NCBI GenBank assembly: GCA_026390695.1
Contig: JAPLFL010000089.1
Span: 42,206 to 106,205 of the forward strand
Reading direction: 5' to 3'
DNA length: 64,000 bases
From: Candidatus Kapaibacterium sp.
Lineage (GTDB): Bacteria > Bacteroidota > Ignavibacteria > Kapaibacteriales > UBA2268
A program made the translations under genes and the position numbers. Each line of letters starts with the position of its first letter. Within the stretch, counting starts at the first letter, position 1. The notes beneath the pieces were generated by a model, which saw only the letters and a list, made by a program, of their open reading frames with translations, did not search any database and was not told where the DNA came from. Positions 38,496 through 49,552 of the stretch are shown piece by piece.

Positions 38496-41400
38496 TGGTA
38501 AATCTTATTTATTATTTCACTTTGTTCCTTCAGGTGCGTGGTGTATGACCCGGTAGCCACACTGGCTGATGCTTTTCTGCCAATATACCTGAGCTTCAAG
38601 GCCAAACTATTTCCAATATCGGATTGTGATTCATAAGAATAATTCATACAAATATGAGTCCATGCCCCCATATTTTGTGGCTCCTCCTGCGCCCAGATCA
38701 AATCAACGCAATTAGAATATTGGTTAATGAGTTTGTTTAATAAGTCTAAATCTAAAGGATAAAGCTGTTCGACTCTGATGATTGCAACATCATTTCTGTG
38801 ATTTTCCTGTTTAGCAGCCAGAATATCATAATAAATTTTTCCCGTACACAAAACTATTTTTTTTATGTTCAGAACATTTTCGACTTTATCATCAATTATT
38901 GTTTGAAAATTCTCGTTTACAAATTCATCAACTCCCGAAACTGCCATTGGGTGCCTTAACATAGACTTTGGAGTTATTAATATTAAAGGTTTTTTCTCAT
39001 TCATCAAAACCTGACGGCGTAGAATATGAAAATATTGTGCAGGTGTACTCAGATTAGCAACAAACATATTGTTCTCAGCACAAAGCTGCAAATATCTTTC
39101 TGGTCTGGCACTTGAATGTTCTGGGCCTTGACCGTCGAAACTATGAGGAAGCAGTAATACAATATTTGATTTTTGCCCCCATTTTGTTTCAGCACAAGCT
39201 ATAAATTGATCAATAATTGTAATCGCATTATTGGTAAAATCACCAAACTGAGCTTCCCATAGAGTCAAACAATCCTTGCTGATAACGGAATAACCATATT
39301 CAAAACCAAGTACTCCCATTTCGGATAGAGGACTGTCGTATAATTCAAGTTTACTCTGCTTTTCTTGAATCATGTTCAACAAAGTGATTTCATCCTCAGT
39401 TTCAATATTTGTTATCACTGCATGTCTTTGGCTGAAAGTGCCACGGCGGCTATCCTGACCGGAGAAACGAATAGTCTTTGAATCCAATAAAATTGTACCA
39501 AATGCTAAAGCTTCACCCATAGCCCAATCTATTGCAGGTTTCGAAGAATTTATCATTTCTGCTCGTTTTTTCAACAAGCTGAGAACTTTTGGATTAGCAG
39601 CAAATCCAGTAGGAATTCGAGTAATAGCATCAGTGATTTTCTCAAGAACTGGCTTTGAGACAGCCGTTACTACTTCATTAAAAATATCGGCATTTCCTTT
39701 ATTTAACTTCGATTCTTTAGATACGGAAAACGATTTTCTATCCGAAAATGCTTTATTTAATTGCACCAGCAGAGCTTTATGATAATTTATGACATAATCT
39801 TCATCAATAACTCCCTCTTTCACCAACTCTAATTCATATAATTTTTTAACAGGCAAGATTGATTTTATCCTTTTATAAAGCAAAGGCTGTGTATATGTCG
39901 GCTCATCGGCTTCATTATGGCCGTATTTCCTGTATGAGAGCATATCAATGACAATATCGGTATTAAAGGTATTTCGATAATCATAAGCAAAAATCGTTGC
40001 TGTAAGCACAGCCTCAGGATCATCGCCGTTTACATGAATTATAGGAACCTGAATCATCTTAGCAATATCAGTTGCATAAATTGATGAGCGGCTCGCTTCA
40101 GCTGTAGTTGTAAAACCGATCTGGTTATTTATTATGATGTGAATAGTTCCACCGGTTTTATAGCCGTCTAATTGCGATAGATTAAGGGTTTCAGCCACTA
40201 TCCCCTGTCCGGCAAAAGCTGCATCACCATGGATTAAAATTGGCAATGCTTTTGAAAAACTTGTATCGGATTCTTGACTATCGAGTGCACGAGCCATCCC
40301 CTCGATTACAGGATTTACCAATTCCAAATGACTTGGATTGGAAGCCAATCTGATTGGGATAATATTTCCGTTTAATGATTTGAAGTTCCCTTCATCACCG
40401 AGATGATATTTTACATCTCCTGAGCCATGATAGCTATTTTCATCGAATTTACCCTCAAATTCATCAAATATTTTTTCTGGTGATTTGCCAAAAATATTTG
40501 TGAGCACATTAAGTCTGCCTCTATGAGCCATTCCAAGCACAATCGAACTCATGAAACTATCAGCGGCAAGCTCAAAGATTTTATCAAGCATCACTATAAC
40601 CGCTTCAGAGCCTTCTAAAGAGAATCGCTTTGATCCAACAAATTTTGTATGAAGAAAATTTTCAAAAGTATCGGCATCAATCAATTTATTGATAACATGA
40701 ATTTTTTCTTCCTTGTTGAAACTAATATTAGTAAACTTCAGTTCAAGATATTTTTTTAACCATTCTTTAATCTCCGGTTCTCGTATGTGCATATACTCAA
40801 AGCCAAGTTTGCCGCAATATGTATCTCGTAACAATTCTATAATATCCCTTAAAGGAAGATTGTTGCTTTTCCATGAATCATCGCAGTGAAACACCCTGTC
40901 CAAATCCCAAAGTGTCAATCCGTAATATGCCGGATCAAGTTCAGGATAATAGTATGATTCCTGACCAAGGGGATTAATTGAAGCCAGAAGATGCCCACGG
41001 ACGCGGTAAGCATTAATCATAAGCATTACGTGTGCACTTTTCTCAGCATAATCGTGATAATCTGAGCTCTGGCCTTCGGTTCTGGACTGATCATAAGCCC
41101 AGCGTACTGGTTCAAATGGAATTTTTAAACTTGCAAAAATCTGATCGTAAAAATGTTCTTCACCAAGCAATAATTTATTGATATAAGCGAGAAACTCGGC
41201 TGATTCAGCTCCTTGAATTATCCTGTGATCATAAGTACAGGTCATAGTTACAACTTTTGAAATTGCCAAGGAAGTTAGCATATCCGGACGTACAGCCTGA
41301 AATTCTACAGGGTACTCAATAGCACCCGTTGCAATAATAATCCCCTGACCTTTCATTAGCCTCGGACTTGAGAACGAAGTTCCTATCATTCCCGGATTAG

Positions 41401-42091
41401 TCAAAGTGAAAGAAGTATCGGACAGATCGGCAAGGTCTAATTTATTTTTTCTAGCTTTGTCAATAATATTTTCAAATGCGATAATAAATTCCGAAAAATT
41501 CAGATTCTGAGCGTCTTTCACGTTTGGTACAAGTAGCAAACGCGATCCGTCATTTTTCTTAAGATCAATGGCTAATCCTGCATTGATGGAACTTCGAATA
41601 ATCCTGTGCGGCTTTCCGTCAACTTTAGTAAAGCAATCGTTCATCTTTGAATATTTCATCAAACCACGTACTATTGCCCACAGTAAAACGTGAGTGAAAG
41701 ATACCTTATCACGGCGTAATTTCACAAGATATTTATTAATGATTCTTCGGTTTTCATCAAGTACTTTAACAGGTATTGTTCTGACAGATGTCGCAGTTGG
41801 AACATCTAAGCTGTCTTCCATATTAACCGAAATTTTAGCAGGTATAGGAGCCAGAATTTCAAGAATTTCATTTTGCTTCAGATTCAAAACTTCTTTTTGT
41901 TTATTCTCCGTTTTGTCGGAAATAACAGACGATTTATAAAAAGGAAGTTTATCAAGCATTGATTCAGTAGGATCAGGAGCTTTTTTTGATAAATTGGTAA
42001 AATAAATCTGCCATTCCGGGCTTACCGAATCAGGGTCCTGAATAAATTTATAATATTGCTCTTCTTCAAAAGCACTGTTTGGGCTAATCAT
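38492..42091 (-). CDS. sucA: Multifunctional 2-oxoglutarate dehydrogenase E1 fused to a succinyltransferase domain (Kgd/OdhA type)
   Basis: N-terminal DP.SV..EW; acyltransferase TNPG.IGT and YDHRIIQGA; E1 motifs YR.RGH, GMAHRGRLN, GDAAF, WEAQFGDF, GPEHSS. Confidence 0.95.
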   Translation of the reverse strand: MISPNSAFEEEQYYKFIQDPDSVSPEWQIYFTNLSKKAPDPTESMLDKLPFYKSSVISDKTENKQKEVLNLKQNEILEILAPIPAKISVNMEDSLDVPTATSVRTIPVKVLDENRRIINKYLVKLRRDKVSFTHVLLWAIVRGLMKYSKMNDCFTKVDGKPHRIIRSSINAGLAIDLKKNDGSRLLLVPNVKDAQNLNFSEFIIAFENIIDKARKNKLDLADLSDTSFTLTNPGMIGTSFSSPRLMKGQGIIIATGAIEYPVEFQAVRPDMLTSLAISKVVTMTCTYDHRIIQGAESAEFLAYINKLLLGEEHFYDQIFASLKIPFEPVRWAYDQSRTEGQSSDYHDYAEKSAHVMLMINAYRVRGHLLASINPLGQESYYYPELDPAYYGLTLWDLDRVFHCDDSWKSNNLPLRDIIELLRDTYCGKLGFEYMHIREPEIKEWLKKYLELKFTNISFNKEEKIHVINKLIDADTFENFLHTKFVGSKRFSLEGSEAVIVMLDKIFELAADSFMSSIVLGMAHRGRLNVLTNIFGKSPEKIFDEFEGKFDENSYHGSGDVKYHLGDEGNFKSLNGNIIPIRLASNPSHLELVNPVIEGMARALDSQESDTSFSKALPILIHGDAAFAGQGIVAETLNLSQLDGYKTGGTIHIIINNQIGFTTTAEASRSSIYATDIAKMIQVPIIHVNGDDPEAVLTATIFAYDYRNTFNTDIVIDMLSYRKYGHNEADEPTYTQPLLYKRIKSILPVKKLYELELVKEGVIDEDYVINYHKALLVQLNKAFSDRKSFSVSKESKLNKGNADIFNEVVTAVSKPVLEKITDAITRIPTGFAANPKVLSLLKKRAEMINSSKPAIDWAMGEALAFGTILLDSKTIRFSGQDSRRGTFSQRHAVITNIETEDEITLLNMIQEKQSKLELYDSPLSEMGVLGFEYGYSVISKDCLTLWEAQFGDFTNNAITIIDQFIACAETKWGQKSNIVLLLPHSFDGQGPEHSSARPERYLQLCAENNMFVANLSTPAQYFHILRRQVLMNEKKPLILITPKSMLRHPMAVSGVDEFVNENFQTIIDDKVENVLNIKKIVLCTGKIYYDILAAKQENHRNDVAIIRVEQLYPLDLDLLNKLINQYSNCVDLIWAQEEPQNMGAWTHICMNYSYESQSDIGNSLALKLRYIGRKASASVATGSYTTHLKEQSEIINKIYQ

Positions 42092-42105
42092 TTGTTCCTC
42101 AAAAA

Positions 42106-42567
42106 TTAAATAATCTTTTCAAATTCCATAAAATAATTCAAAGCTTGTTCTGAAGTCTTAGCAGAAAGTAATTTCATTGATGAATACGGATTGCTCAATA
42201 TTCTTGAAATTTTTGACAAAATACGTAAATGTATTCCAACTCCGCTATCATTGCCGAGGAACAGGAAAACAAGATTTACATCTTTGCCATCCATCGACAT
42301 GTAACTTAAAGGCTCTTTAAGTACGGCAAAAGCCGCTGTGTTACGGATTACACCTGATGTTTTTGCATGAGGCAGTGCAATTCCGTTACCTATTCCTGTA
42401 GTCATCAGATTTTCTCTTTCAATCAAGTCTGCTTGAGCCTTGCTGAAATCAATAATTTTACCGCTCTTTTCAGCAAGTCTGAGCATTTTTTCAAAAAGAT
42501 CATCCTTAGAACTCGCTGTAAGACCCACTACAATTGATTCAACTTTCAACAAATCGGTTATATTCAT
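42106..42567 (-). CDS. ptsN: PTS EIIA (Ntr/Fru type)
   Basis: RE....TGIG.GIALPH phosphorylation motif; HLR.LS.I. Confidence 0.85.
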   Translation of the reverse strand: MNITDLLKVESIVVGLTASSKDDLFEKMLRLAEKSGKIIDFSKAQADLIERENLMTTGIGNGIALPHAKTSGVIRNTAAFAVLKEPLSYMSMDGKDVNLVFLFLGNDSGVGIHLRILSKISRILSNPYSSMKLLSAKTSEQALNYFMEFEKII

Positions 42568-42596
42568 TATGTCAGAGATTAATTTTAAAACAAAAT

Positions 42597-45101
42597 TTAT
42601 TTATTATCACGCCAATGCAGCACAAAAGCTTTATAATTATCAGCAATCTCATTGGCACGCTTTAAACTGCTGCTTTCTCCAATAATTGAGAAAGCTCCTT
42701 TTTCTTTATCCGGTAAAATAAGTACCGAATCGGGTTCTAAAAATATTTTAATTCCTTCGACTAATTCACGTTTCATATTTTGTGAATGCTCCATAGCAAG
42801 CCTCATAACAGTTCCTTTATTTTCCCAGGGACAGGAAACATCCTTGATACATTGGAATCTGTGAGGCAGTGTCAAATCGAGTTCAGATAATTTTTTACCA
42901 GTCTTACAGATCATTTCAAGAATTTTTCCAACAGTGTACATTCCATCGCTTGCAAAAAGAAAATCTGTAAAAATAAATCCACCGTAAACTCCACCGACGA
43001 AAAGCATGTCCGAATGTTCACGAGTAGCTTCCATCATAGCTGAATGTGAATTTTTAATCCGAATGACTTTTACATTGTATTCTGATGCAATTTCTTCTAT
43101 TTCGCCGGTTGCTGCAATTGAAATACCGATTGAATACGGCTCTCGTTCACGATTTGTTTCTAAAAATAATTTTGTCAGAATTGTTAGAAGCCTCGAAGAT
43201 GAAAACCACATTCCTCTTTCGTCGATAATTGAAATTTTCTCAGCACCGGGTTCCATCTTGAAGCCAAGACTATAGCCAAGGGATTTCATTATCTTACATA
43301 TTTCTTCGTTTTCGGCTGACTGCATTTCAGCAGATTCCCAGAATCTTGTGTCATCAACAAAGTTATGCAATGATAAAACATTAACATCGAGTTTACCCAG
43401 AATAGAAGGGAGAATTGAGGAAGATAAACCGTAAGAATAATCAATAAGTATTTTTATCTTATTGTGAATAATTTTATCAATATCCAATGAGTCAATATAC
43501 TTTTTGATATAAATTTCGTTTGTTCGTTCGGGATAACTTATATGCCCCACTTCATCATGCTTTACACGCTTTATATCCTCGCCATAGAAGTATCTTTCAA
43601 TAGATTTTGCCATTGAAAGGGTAATATCACGACCATCTTTATTAAAAATAATAATATCTGTAAGGTCTTTATTCCTTGGACTACGACGCACATGCAAACC
43701 AGCAGCATATCGCCCTGAGCGCAGCTCCTGACGTGTTTGTGGAATTGAAGTTGTTTGAAGATCATTTATATTAACCCCTACGGAAGCAAGTCCTGCAGTG
43801 ATTGTTCGTTTCATTATTCTTGATACTGTGTCAGGATCACGGCTGGCTAATAATGTAATATTTTTACCGAAAGCCATACCAAGAGCTGCTCCGAGTTTAG
43901 CACCGAAGTCTGGATTTATCTCAACATTTGAAAGACCTGAAATTCTTGCATCAGTAAACAATTCTCTCATCCATTTTTCTTCCTGAACTAATGAACTGGA
44001 GAGCATTGCCCCGTTTTCGACCTTTTTATTCGGCCATAATTTAATATTAGAATTAAGCCGAGCTGCACTGCCTATTATGCAATTATCCGCAATAAATACA
44101 TTTTCAGATACAGTTGCAGAAGAGCCTATTTTGCAAGATTCGCAAATCACGCAATCTGTTAATTCTGCAAAATCTCCAATTTCAGTGTTTTTCCATATTG
44201 TAGAACCTGATATTCTGGCTCCAGTGCCAATTTTAATATTATCACCGATAATTGAATCCGAAATAAAAGCGTGTGCATCAATTAAAACATTATTTCCAAT
44301 TATATTTGAGCCAGAAAATTTGGCTGTAGGTGCAATTTTTACGTTAGATCCGAGACTCAAATCATTCGTTGATTGAATCAAACCAAGATCAACTTTTCCT
44401 TGCAAGGATTCTGTCTGACCTACCTGATATTCGTTAAGATTGCCTATATCCCGCCAGTAGCCCTGAGTTATATACCCATACAAAGGCATATTTTTTGAGA
44501 GCATTAATGGAAATAAATCCTTACTGAAATCGAAGTCTTCGCGATAAGGAATCATATCAAGTACTTCAGGTTCAAGGATATATATTCCGGTATTAATTGT
44601 ATCAGAGAAAACTTGCCCCCATGATGGTTTTTCAAGGAATCGAGTTATCTTCCCGTCCGAATCAGTCATTACAATACCATACTGAAGCGGCATTGGCACA
44701 CGAGTTAGGAGTATTGTTGCAAGTGATTTCTTTTCTATATGAAATTCAAGGGCTTTACTTAAATCAAAATCAGTAAGAACATCGCCAGAAATTATAATAA
44801 ATCTTTCATCCAAGTGTTCGGCTGCATTACGTACAGCTCCTGCAGTACCATAGTCAGCCTGTGCAATAACATATTGCATTTTTATACCGAATGATTCACC
44901 GTCTTCAAAATATTTGGTAATTACCTCTGGTTGAAAATATAAAATAGAAACAATTTCATTAATTCCGTATCTTTTCAATAGCCGGACAATATGCTCCATC
45001 ATTGGACGATTCATGATCGGAACCATAGGCTTTGGAATTTTCATTGTCAAAGGTCTTAGTCTTGTTCCGAAGCCACCAGCCATGATCACAGCTTTTTTCA
45101 T
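42597..45101 (-). CDS. Mannose-1-phosphate guanylyltransferase fused to a phosphohexomutase-like domain
   Basis: AGGFGTRLRPLT..PKP; EKP; LbH hexapeptide region; C-terminal PGM/PMM-like domains. Confidence 0.92.
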   Translation of the reverse strand: MKKAVIMAGGFGTRLRPLTMKIPKPMVPIMNRPMMEHIVRLLKRYGINEIVSILYFQPEVITKYFEDGESFGIKMQYVIAQADYGTAGAVRNAAEHLDERFIIISGDVLTDFDLSKALEFHIEKKSLATILLTRVPMPLQYGIVMTDSDGKITRFLEKPSWGQVFSDTINTGIYILEPEVLDMIPYREDFDFSKDLFPLMLSKNMPLYGYITQGYWRDIGNLNEYQVGQTESLQGKVDLGLIQSTNDLSLGSNVKIAPTAKFSGSNIIGNNVLIDAHAFISDSIIGDNIKIGTGARISGSTIWKNTEIGDFAELTDCVICESCKIGSSATVSENVFIADNCIIGSAARLNSNIKLWPNKKVENGAMLSSSLVQEEKWMRELFTDARISGLSNVEINPDFGAKLGAALGMAFGKNITLLASRDPDTVSRIMKRTITAGLASVGVNINDLQTTSIPQTRQELRSGRYAAGLHVRRSPRNKDLTDIIIFNKDGRDITLSMAKSIERYFYGEDIKRVKHDEVGHISYPERTNEIYIKKYIDSLDIDKIIHNKIKILIDYSYGLSSSILPSILGKLDVNVLSLHNFVDDTRFWESAEMQSAENEEICKIMKSLGYSLGFKMEPGAEKISIIDERGMWFSSSRLLTILTKLFLETNREREPYSIGISIAATGEIEEIASEYNVKVIRIKNSHSAMMEATREHSDMLFVGGVYGGFIFTDFLFASDGMYTVGKILEMICKTGKKLSELDLTLPHRFQCIKDVSCPWENKGTVMRLAMEHSQNMKRELVEGIKIFLEPDSVLILPDKEKGAFSIIGESSSLKRANEIADNYKAFVLHWRDNK

Positions 45102-45290
45102 TTTTCCTCCGTTATTAATTATTTTATCCGTTTTTCAAATTATCTAAACTTTCAAATATAACTATATTATTTTAGAATATAAGGTTAAGATGATCTATTT
45201 TATAATAAAAAAATTGAATATAAAACATTTTCACATAATCAATCGTCGATAAAATGATTTAATAGATTTGATCATCTTAGTAGAAATAAA

Positions 45291-46610
45291 ATGAATTTTA
45301 ATAAATTTACTATAAAAGCTCAGGAAGTATTTAATTCAGCTCAGGAAATTGCATTCAATTATAAGAATCAATCAGTCGAACCCACACATCTCTTTGCCGC
45401 AATGATACAGGAATCTGCCGGCTTTACAAATATTATTTTAACCAAAATTGGAGCAAATGTTAAGTATTTGCAAATAAAAGTTAATGAACTAATGAATGCT
45501 CATCCTAAAATTCTTAATGATTTGCAAATGAATAGTTTCATTTCCAAAGATCTGAAGCAGGTTTTCGATAATTCTTTACGTGAAGCCTCAGCCATGAAGG
45601 ATGAGTTTATCTCCTTAGAACATATTCTCATTTCAATTTGCGAATTAAAGAATCCGCTCTCACAGCTACTTAACGATCAGGATGTAACCAAAGATAATAT
45701 CCTCAAAGTCATACACGAAATGAGGGGCGATCAGCGAATAGTTGATCAGAATTCCGAAGATAAATACAATGCTCTTAAACGCTTCAGCCGTATGCTTAAT
45801 GATGAGGCTTTAGCCGGCAAGATAGACCCTGTGATTGGACGGGAAGATGAAATAAAACGTGTACTTCAGGTTTTATCACGTCGGCGAAAGAATAATCCTG
45901 TACTGATAGGAGATCCGGGCGTTGGGAAAACTGCTATAGCAGAGGGTATTGCTCAAAGAATCGTATCCGGTGATGTCCCTGAGAGTTTAAAATCAAAACA
46001 AATTGTGATGTTGGATTTAGGCGCTTTAGTAGCAGGAACGAGCTTCCGCGGCCAGTTTGAGGAACGTCTTAAATCAGTAATTAAAGAGGTAAGCGATTCC
46101 GAAGGTGAATTAATATTATTTGTTGATGAACTCCATACTCTAATTGGAGCTGGTTCGGCGCAAGGTTCGATGGATGCAGCAAATATTCTTAAACCAGCTT
46201 TAGCACGAGGTGATTTAAGATGTATAGGTGCTACTACATTGGATGAATACCAAAAATATATTGAAAAAGATGCAGCATTAGAGCGGCGTTTCCAAAAAGT
46301 GTTCGTTGATGAACCTTCAATCGAAGATACTATCTCAATACTAAGAGGACTAAAGGAAAAGTACGAAGTTCATCATGGTGTCAGAATAACGGATGCTGCG
46401 ATCATTGCGGCGGCAGAGCTTTCTGCTCGATATATAACCGATAGATTTATGCCGGATAAAGCAATAGACCTCATTGATGAAGCTGCAAGCAAACATCGTT
46501 TAGAAATAGAATCTATGCCGGATGAAATTGATAAGGTTGATAGACGTATCCGTCAGCTTGAAATAGAAAAACAAGCCCTATTGCGAGAATTGGACTTGTT
46601 TTCCAAGTAA
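45291..46610 (+). CDS. clpB: ClpB N-terminal half (N domain + NBD1), truncated
   Basis: [47 protein letters not shown]; stops at 439 aa early in the M-domain; no NBD2. Confidence 0.9.
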   Translation: MNFNKFTIKAQEVFNSAQEIAFNYKNQSVEPTHLFAAMIQESAGFTNIILTKIGANVKYLQIKVNELMNAHPKILNDLQMNSFISKDLKQVFDNSLREASAMKDEFISLEHILISICELKNPLSQLLNDQDVTKDNILKVIHEMRGDQRIVDQNSEDKYNALKRFSRMLNDEALAGKIDPVIGREDEIKRVLQVLSRRRKNNPVLIGDPGVGKTAIAEGIAQRIVSGDVPESLKSKQIVMLDLGALVAGTSFRGQFEERLKSVIKEVSDSEGELILFVDELHTLIGAGSAQGSMDAANILKPALARGDLRCIGATTLDEYQKYIEKDAALERRFQKVFVDEPSIEDTISILRGLKEKYEVHHGVRITDAAIIAAAELSARYITDRFMPDKAIDLIDEAASKHRLEIESMPDEIDKVDRRIRQLEIEKQALLRELDLFSK

Positions 46611-46623
46611 AAAAACACTAAAA

Positions 46624-47271
46624 TTATACTTCAACAAATATACTTGTTGCAAGTTCATTTCCAATAATAATATCCTTACCATCCATTTTTAAACTGATTG
46701 GTCCGTTAAATGGAGCTTTGTCAATGATTTGAAAAGGTGTATTAGGTAGAAAACCCATTTTTTCAAAAAATGCTAATTTTTCAGGATCATCATCAGCAAG
46801 ACGCTTAATAGTAAAATCCTTCCCTATTTCAAGCATTGAGAGCGGCTTTTCAAGTGTTTTAGGTATATCCCCGTTTTTGGGAGGTATAGGATGTCCGTGT
46901 GGATCAAATTCCGGATTACCTAATAAACTATCAATTTTGTCAGCAAATTCTTCTGAAATATGATGTTCGAGACGGCAAGCTTCTTCGTGAACTTTATCAA
47001 GTGAATAGCCTAACATTTCCTTCAAATACAGCTCTAATAGCCTGTGATGACGAATAATCTCACTCGCAATTTTTGAACCGCTTTCCGATAAGCGAACGCC
47101 TTTGTACGAATTATAATCGACCAAACCCATGGTTGCAAGTCGCTTTAGCATTCCTGTAACTGATGCTCCTGAAATGTTTAATTCATTAGCAAGTTCAGTT
47201 GTGGAAACCAAGCCGTTTTCCTGAAGTTTGTGAATGGTCTTGATATAATCTTCAACAGCCTGTGATAACAT
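46624..47271 (-). CDS. DtxR/MntR family metal-dependent repressor
   Basis: EDY.K.I; RHHRLLE; EACRLEH; DPHGHPIP; FeoA-like C-terminus. Confidence 0.95.
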   Translation of the reverse strand: MLSQAVEDYIKTIHKLQENGLVSTTELANELNISGASVTGMLKRLATMGLVDYNSYKGVRLSESGSKIASEIIRHHRLLELYLKEMLGYSLDKVHEEACRLEHHISEEFADKIDSLLGNPEFDPHGHPIPPKNGDIPKTLEKPLSMLEIGKDFTIKRLADDDPEKLAFFEKMGFLPNTPFQIIDKAPFNGPISLKMDGKDIIIGNELATSIFVEV

Positions 47272-47358
47272 AAAATTCTCCTTAATTCTCCTACTTAATT
47301 AAATGATTAAGAATAATATCGAATAAAAAAATTATTCTTAACCAATATAAATACTAAT

Positions 47359-49293
47359 TTAAGTTAAAATAAACTTAAAAACAAGTGCTGACAAAAATGC
47401 AAGAATGATACTGATTGTTGAGGAAAATAAAATCACTGATCTACCGAACTCGCGTTTTAAAACTAACATTGTCGATAGGCAAGGAAGGTATAGTGTGACA
47501 AAAATCGTAAATGTTAGTATCTGTGCGTTTGTCATTGGTAAAACATCAAGAGATGAAATGCCTAATGCTTGTGTCATCATCACTATCACAAGCTCTTTTC
47601 TTAGAAAACCGAAAATCAAGGTTGAGCCTAACTGTTCGGGTAATCCTAAGATTGTAGAAACTAAGGGAGAAAAGAATTTATTAATATATATGGTTAGATT
47701 TAGATATTCTGTCATTCCCATAATAAAACTACCAAGAACCAAGTATAGAAGCGCTACACGAATGAATTCCATAAGTTTTGTTTTAGTTTTTTGAAATGGT
47801 ATTTTCAGTGAAGGAATTTTCAAGTTTGGGATTTCTAAAATAAGTCCTATAGGCTTCCCTGAGAATTTTGAAATTATTTTACCAACAATTGCAATGATGA
47901 TGATTACATAGAAAAAGATTAACACAGTCCAGAGTGGGCCGGTTCTCGCCGCTGCTAAAGCAAAGATAACAGATATACGAGCAGAGCATGGAATCAATGG
48001 AATAAGAGATGCAGTAATTTTTCGTTCAATTTTATTTTCGATTATACGAGTGGCATAAATTGCCGGAACCGAGCATCCAAAGCCCAAAATAAAAGGTACT
48101 ACTGATTTTCCGTGCAAGCCAATTTTATGCATAAATCCGTCAATTAAAAAAGCAACTCTGGAGATATAGCCTGTTTCTTCAAAAAATGAAGTGATAAGAA
48201 CCAAGGGTAAAAGATAAGGTAGAACTACTCCTATAGCGCCCTCAATACCTTGATATATTCCATTTGTCATATAGTATAAAAAAGGACTGTTTAATTTAAG
48301 TGGCGTGTAAAGTGACTCTACAAAATCCAATGGTACTTCAATTATTTTACTGATTATATCGCCGAGGATAAATATTAAAGAAAATTGAAGGATAAAATAA
48401 AGCAATAAAAAGACATAACCCCAGAATGGGTGCAGAAGCCAATCATCAAGTTTTTCGATTAATGGGCGTTCATGTCTTGATTTTAAGGTTTGAACTTTGT
48501 CCGTAATTTTTATAGCTATATGATGGCGTTCATAAGAAATTGATTCAAAAATATCGAATTTATGATCCTTTAAAATCTGCTCGGATGCTATTTTATTGAT
48601 GGATGAAGTTAAATTTCTTAAATCACTTCCTAATATGACAGGATACTCAAGGGCTTTGATAGCCAAGAAACGATCAGATACATTAAGATTAGAAGTTTTT
48701 GTTGCAAGAATACTTTCGGTTTCAACAACAAAATTTTCCAAATGAGCAGAATAATCGAATTTAGCAGGATTGTGATTAGAAGCCGATAACAATTTTGAAC
48801 ACTCATCAATTAAATTTTTTACACCTTTGCCAAAAATAGCGGTAATAGGAATAACCGGTATTCTCAGCTCCTGCTCAAGAAGTTGTTTGTTAATAAAGAT
48901 TCCATGAGCCATTGATTCATCGAGCATATTTAACCCGACAATCATTGGAATACCTGTTTCAATTAGTTCGACGGTCATCACCAAACTCCGCGACAGAAGC
49001 GTAGAATCAATGAGATTAATAATTAAATCTACTTGTTCATTCATTATATAATCAAGTGTAACCTGTTCGGCTTTATCGTTTGGATTTAAAGAGTAGGAGC
49101 CGGGAAGATCAATTAATCTGAAACTTTCATTATAAATATTAATAATCGTTTGCTTTAAATCAACCGTAGTTCCGGCAAAATTAGATGTAGATGCTTTGGT
49201 ATCTGATAGGACGTTAAAGAGAGTGCTTTTACCAGCATTTGGTTGTCCGACAATAGCAATAGTTCTTAGTTTATCATTAATTTTCATATTCAA
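47359..49293 (-). CDS. feoB: Ferrous iron transporter FeoB
   Basis: G1 GQPNAGKS, G2 GTTV, G3 DLPG, G4 NMLD; gate motifs GFGC.VP, PCSAR, Y.PC. Confidence 0.95.
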   Translation of the reverse strand: MNMKINDKLRTIAIVGQPNAGKSTLFNVLSDTKASTSNFAGTTVDLKQTIINIYNESFRLIDLPGSYSLNPNDKAEQVTLDYIMNEQVDLIINLIDSTLLSRSLVMTVELIETGIPMIVGLNMLDESMAHGIFINKQLLEQELRIPVIPITAIFGKGVKNLIDECSKLLSASNHNPAKFDYSAHLENFVVETESILATKTSNLNVSDRFLAIKALEYPVILGSDLRNLTSSINKIASEQILKDHKFDIFESISYERHHIAIKITDKVQTLKSRHERPLIEKLDDWLLHPFWGYVFLLLYFILQFSLIFILGDIISKIIEVPLDFVESLYTPLKLNSPFLYYMTNGIYQGIEGAIGVVLPYLLPLVLITSFFEETGYISRVAFLIDGFMHKIGLHGKSVVPFILGFGCSVPAIYATRIIENKIERKITASLIPLIPCSARISVIFALAAARTGPLWTVLIFFYVIIIIAIVGKIISKFSGKPIGLILEIPNLKIPSLKIPFQKTKTKLMEFIRVALLYLVLGSFIMGMTEYLNLTIYINKFFSPLVSTILGLPEQLGSTLIFGFLRKELVIVMMTQALGISSLDVLPMTNAQILTFTIFVTLYLPCLSTMLVLKREFGRSVILFSSTISIILAFLSALVFKFILT

Positions 49294-49510
49294 CTTGAAT
49301 TTTCTCAGCTAATTCACGGTCAAGGGCAAGCTTAGTAAGCCCGTAAAGCGGATTTAGGACTAAGACAGGGCCAAATTTGTTATCATTTACTTTTATTAAT
49401 AATTCATTGATGTGAATTCCCATTGATAACAATTTCCTTCTGATATCATCATCAGATTCAATATATGTAATTTTCAAATTTGTCTTTGTTTGAGCTTCCG
49501 AAAGAGTCAT
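49277..49510 (-). CDS. feoA: FeoA
   Basis: 77 aa with L.SMGI, GPV, A..I.V; overlaps the feoB start. Confidence 0.88.
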   Translation of the reverse strand: MTLSEAQTKTNLKITYIESDDDIRRKLLSMGIHINELLIKVNDNKFGPVLVLNPLYGLTKLALDRELAEKIQVEYEN

Positions 49511-49532
49511 TATTTTTATCCGATTAAACTGT

Positions 49533-49552
49533 TATTTAGCTTTGTCTAAATA
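49533..49552. promoter_or_regulatory. Probable DtxR-family operator
   Basis: tatttag-ctttgt-ctaaata palindrome 22 nt upstream of feoA, abutting a minus-strand TATTTTTG promoter element. Confidence 0.7.
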
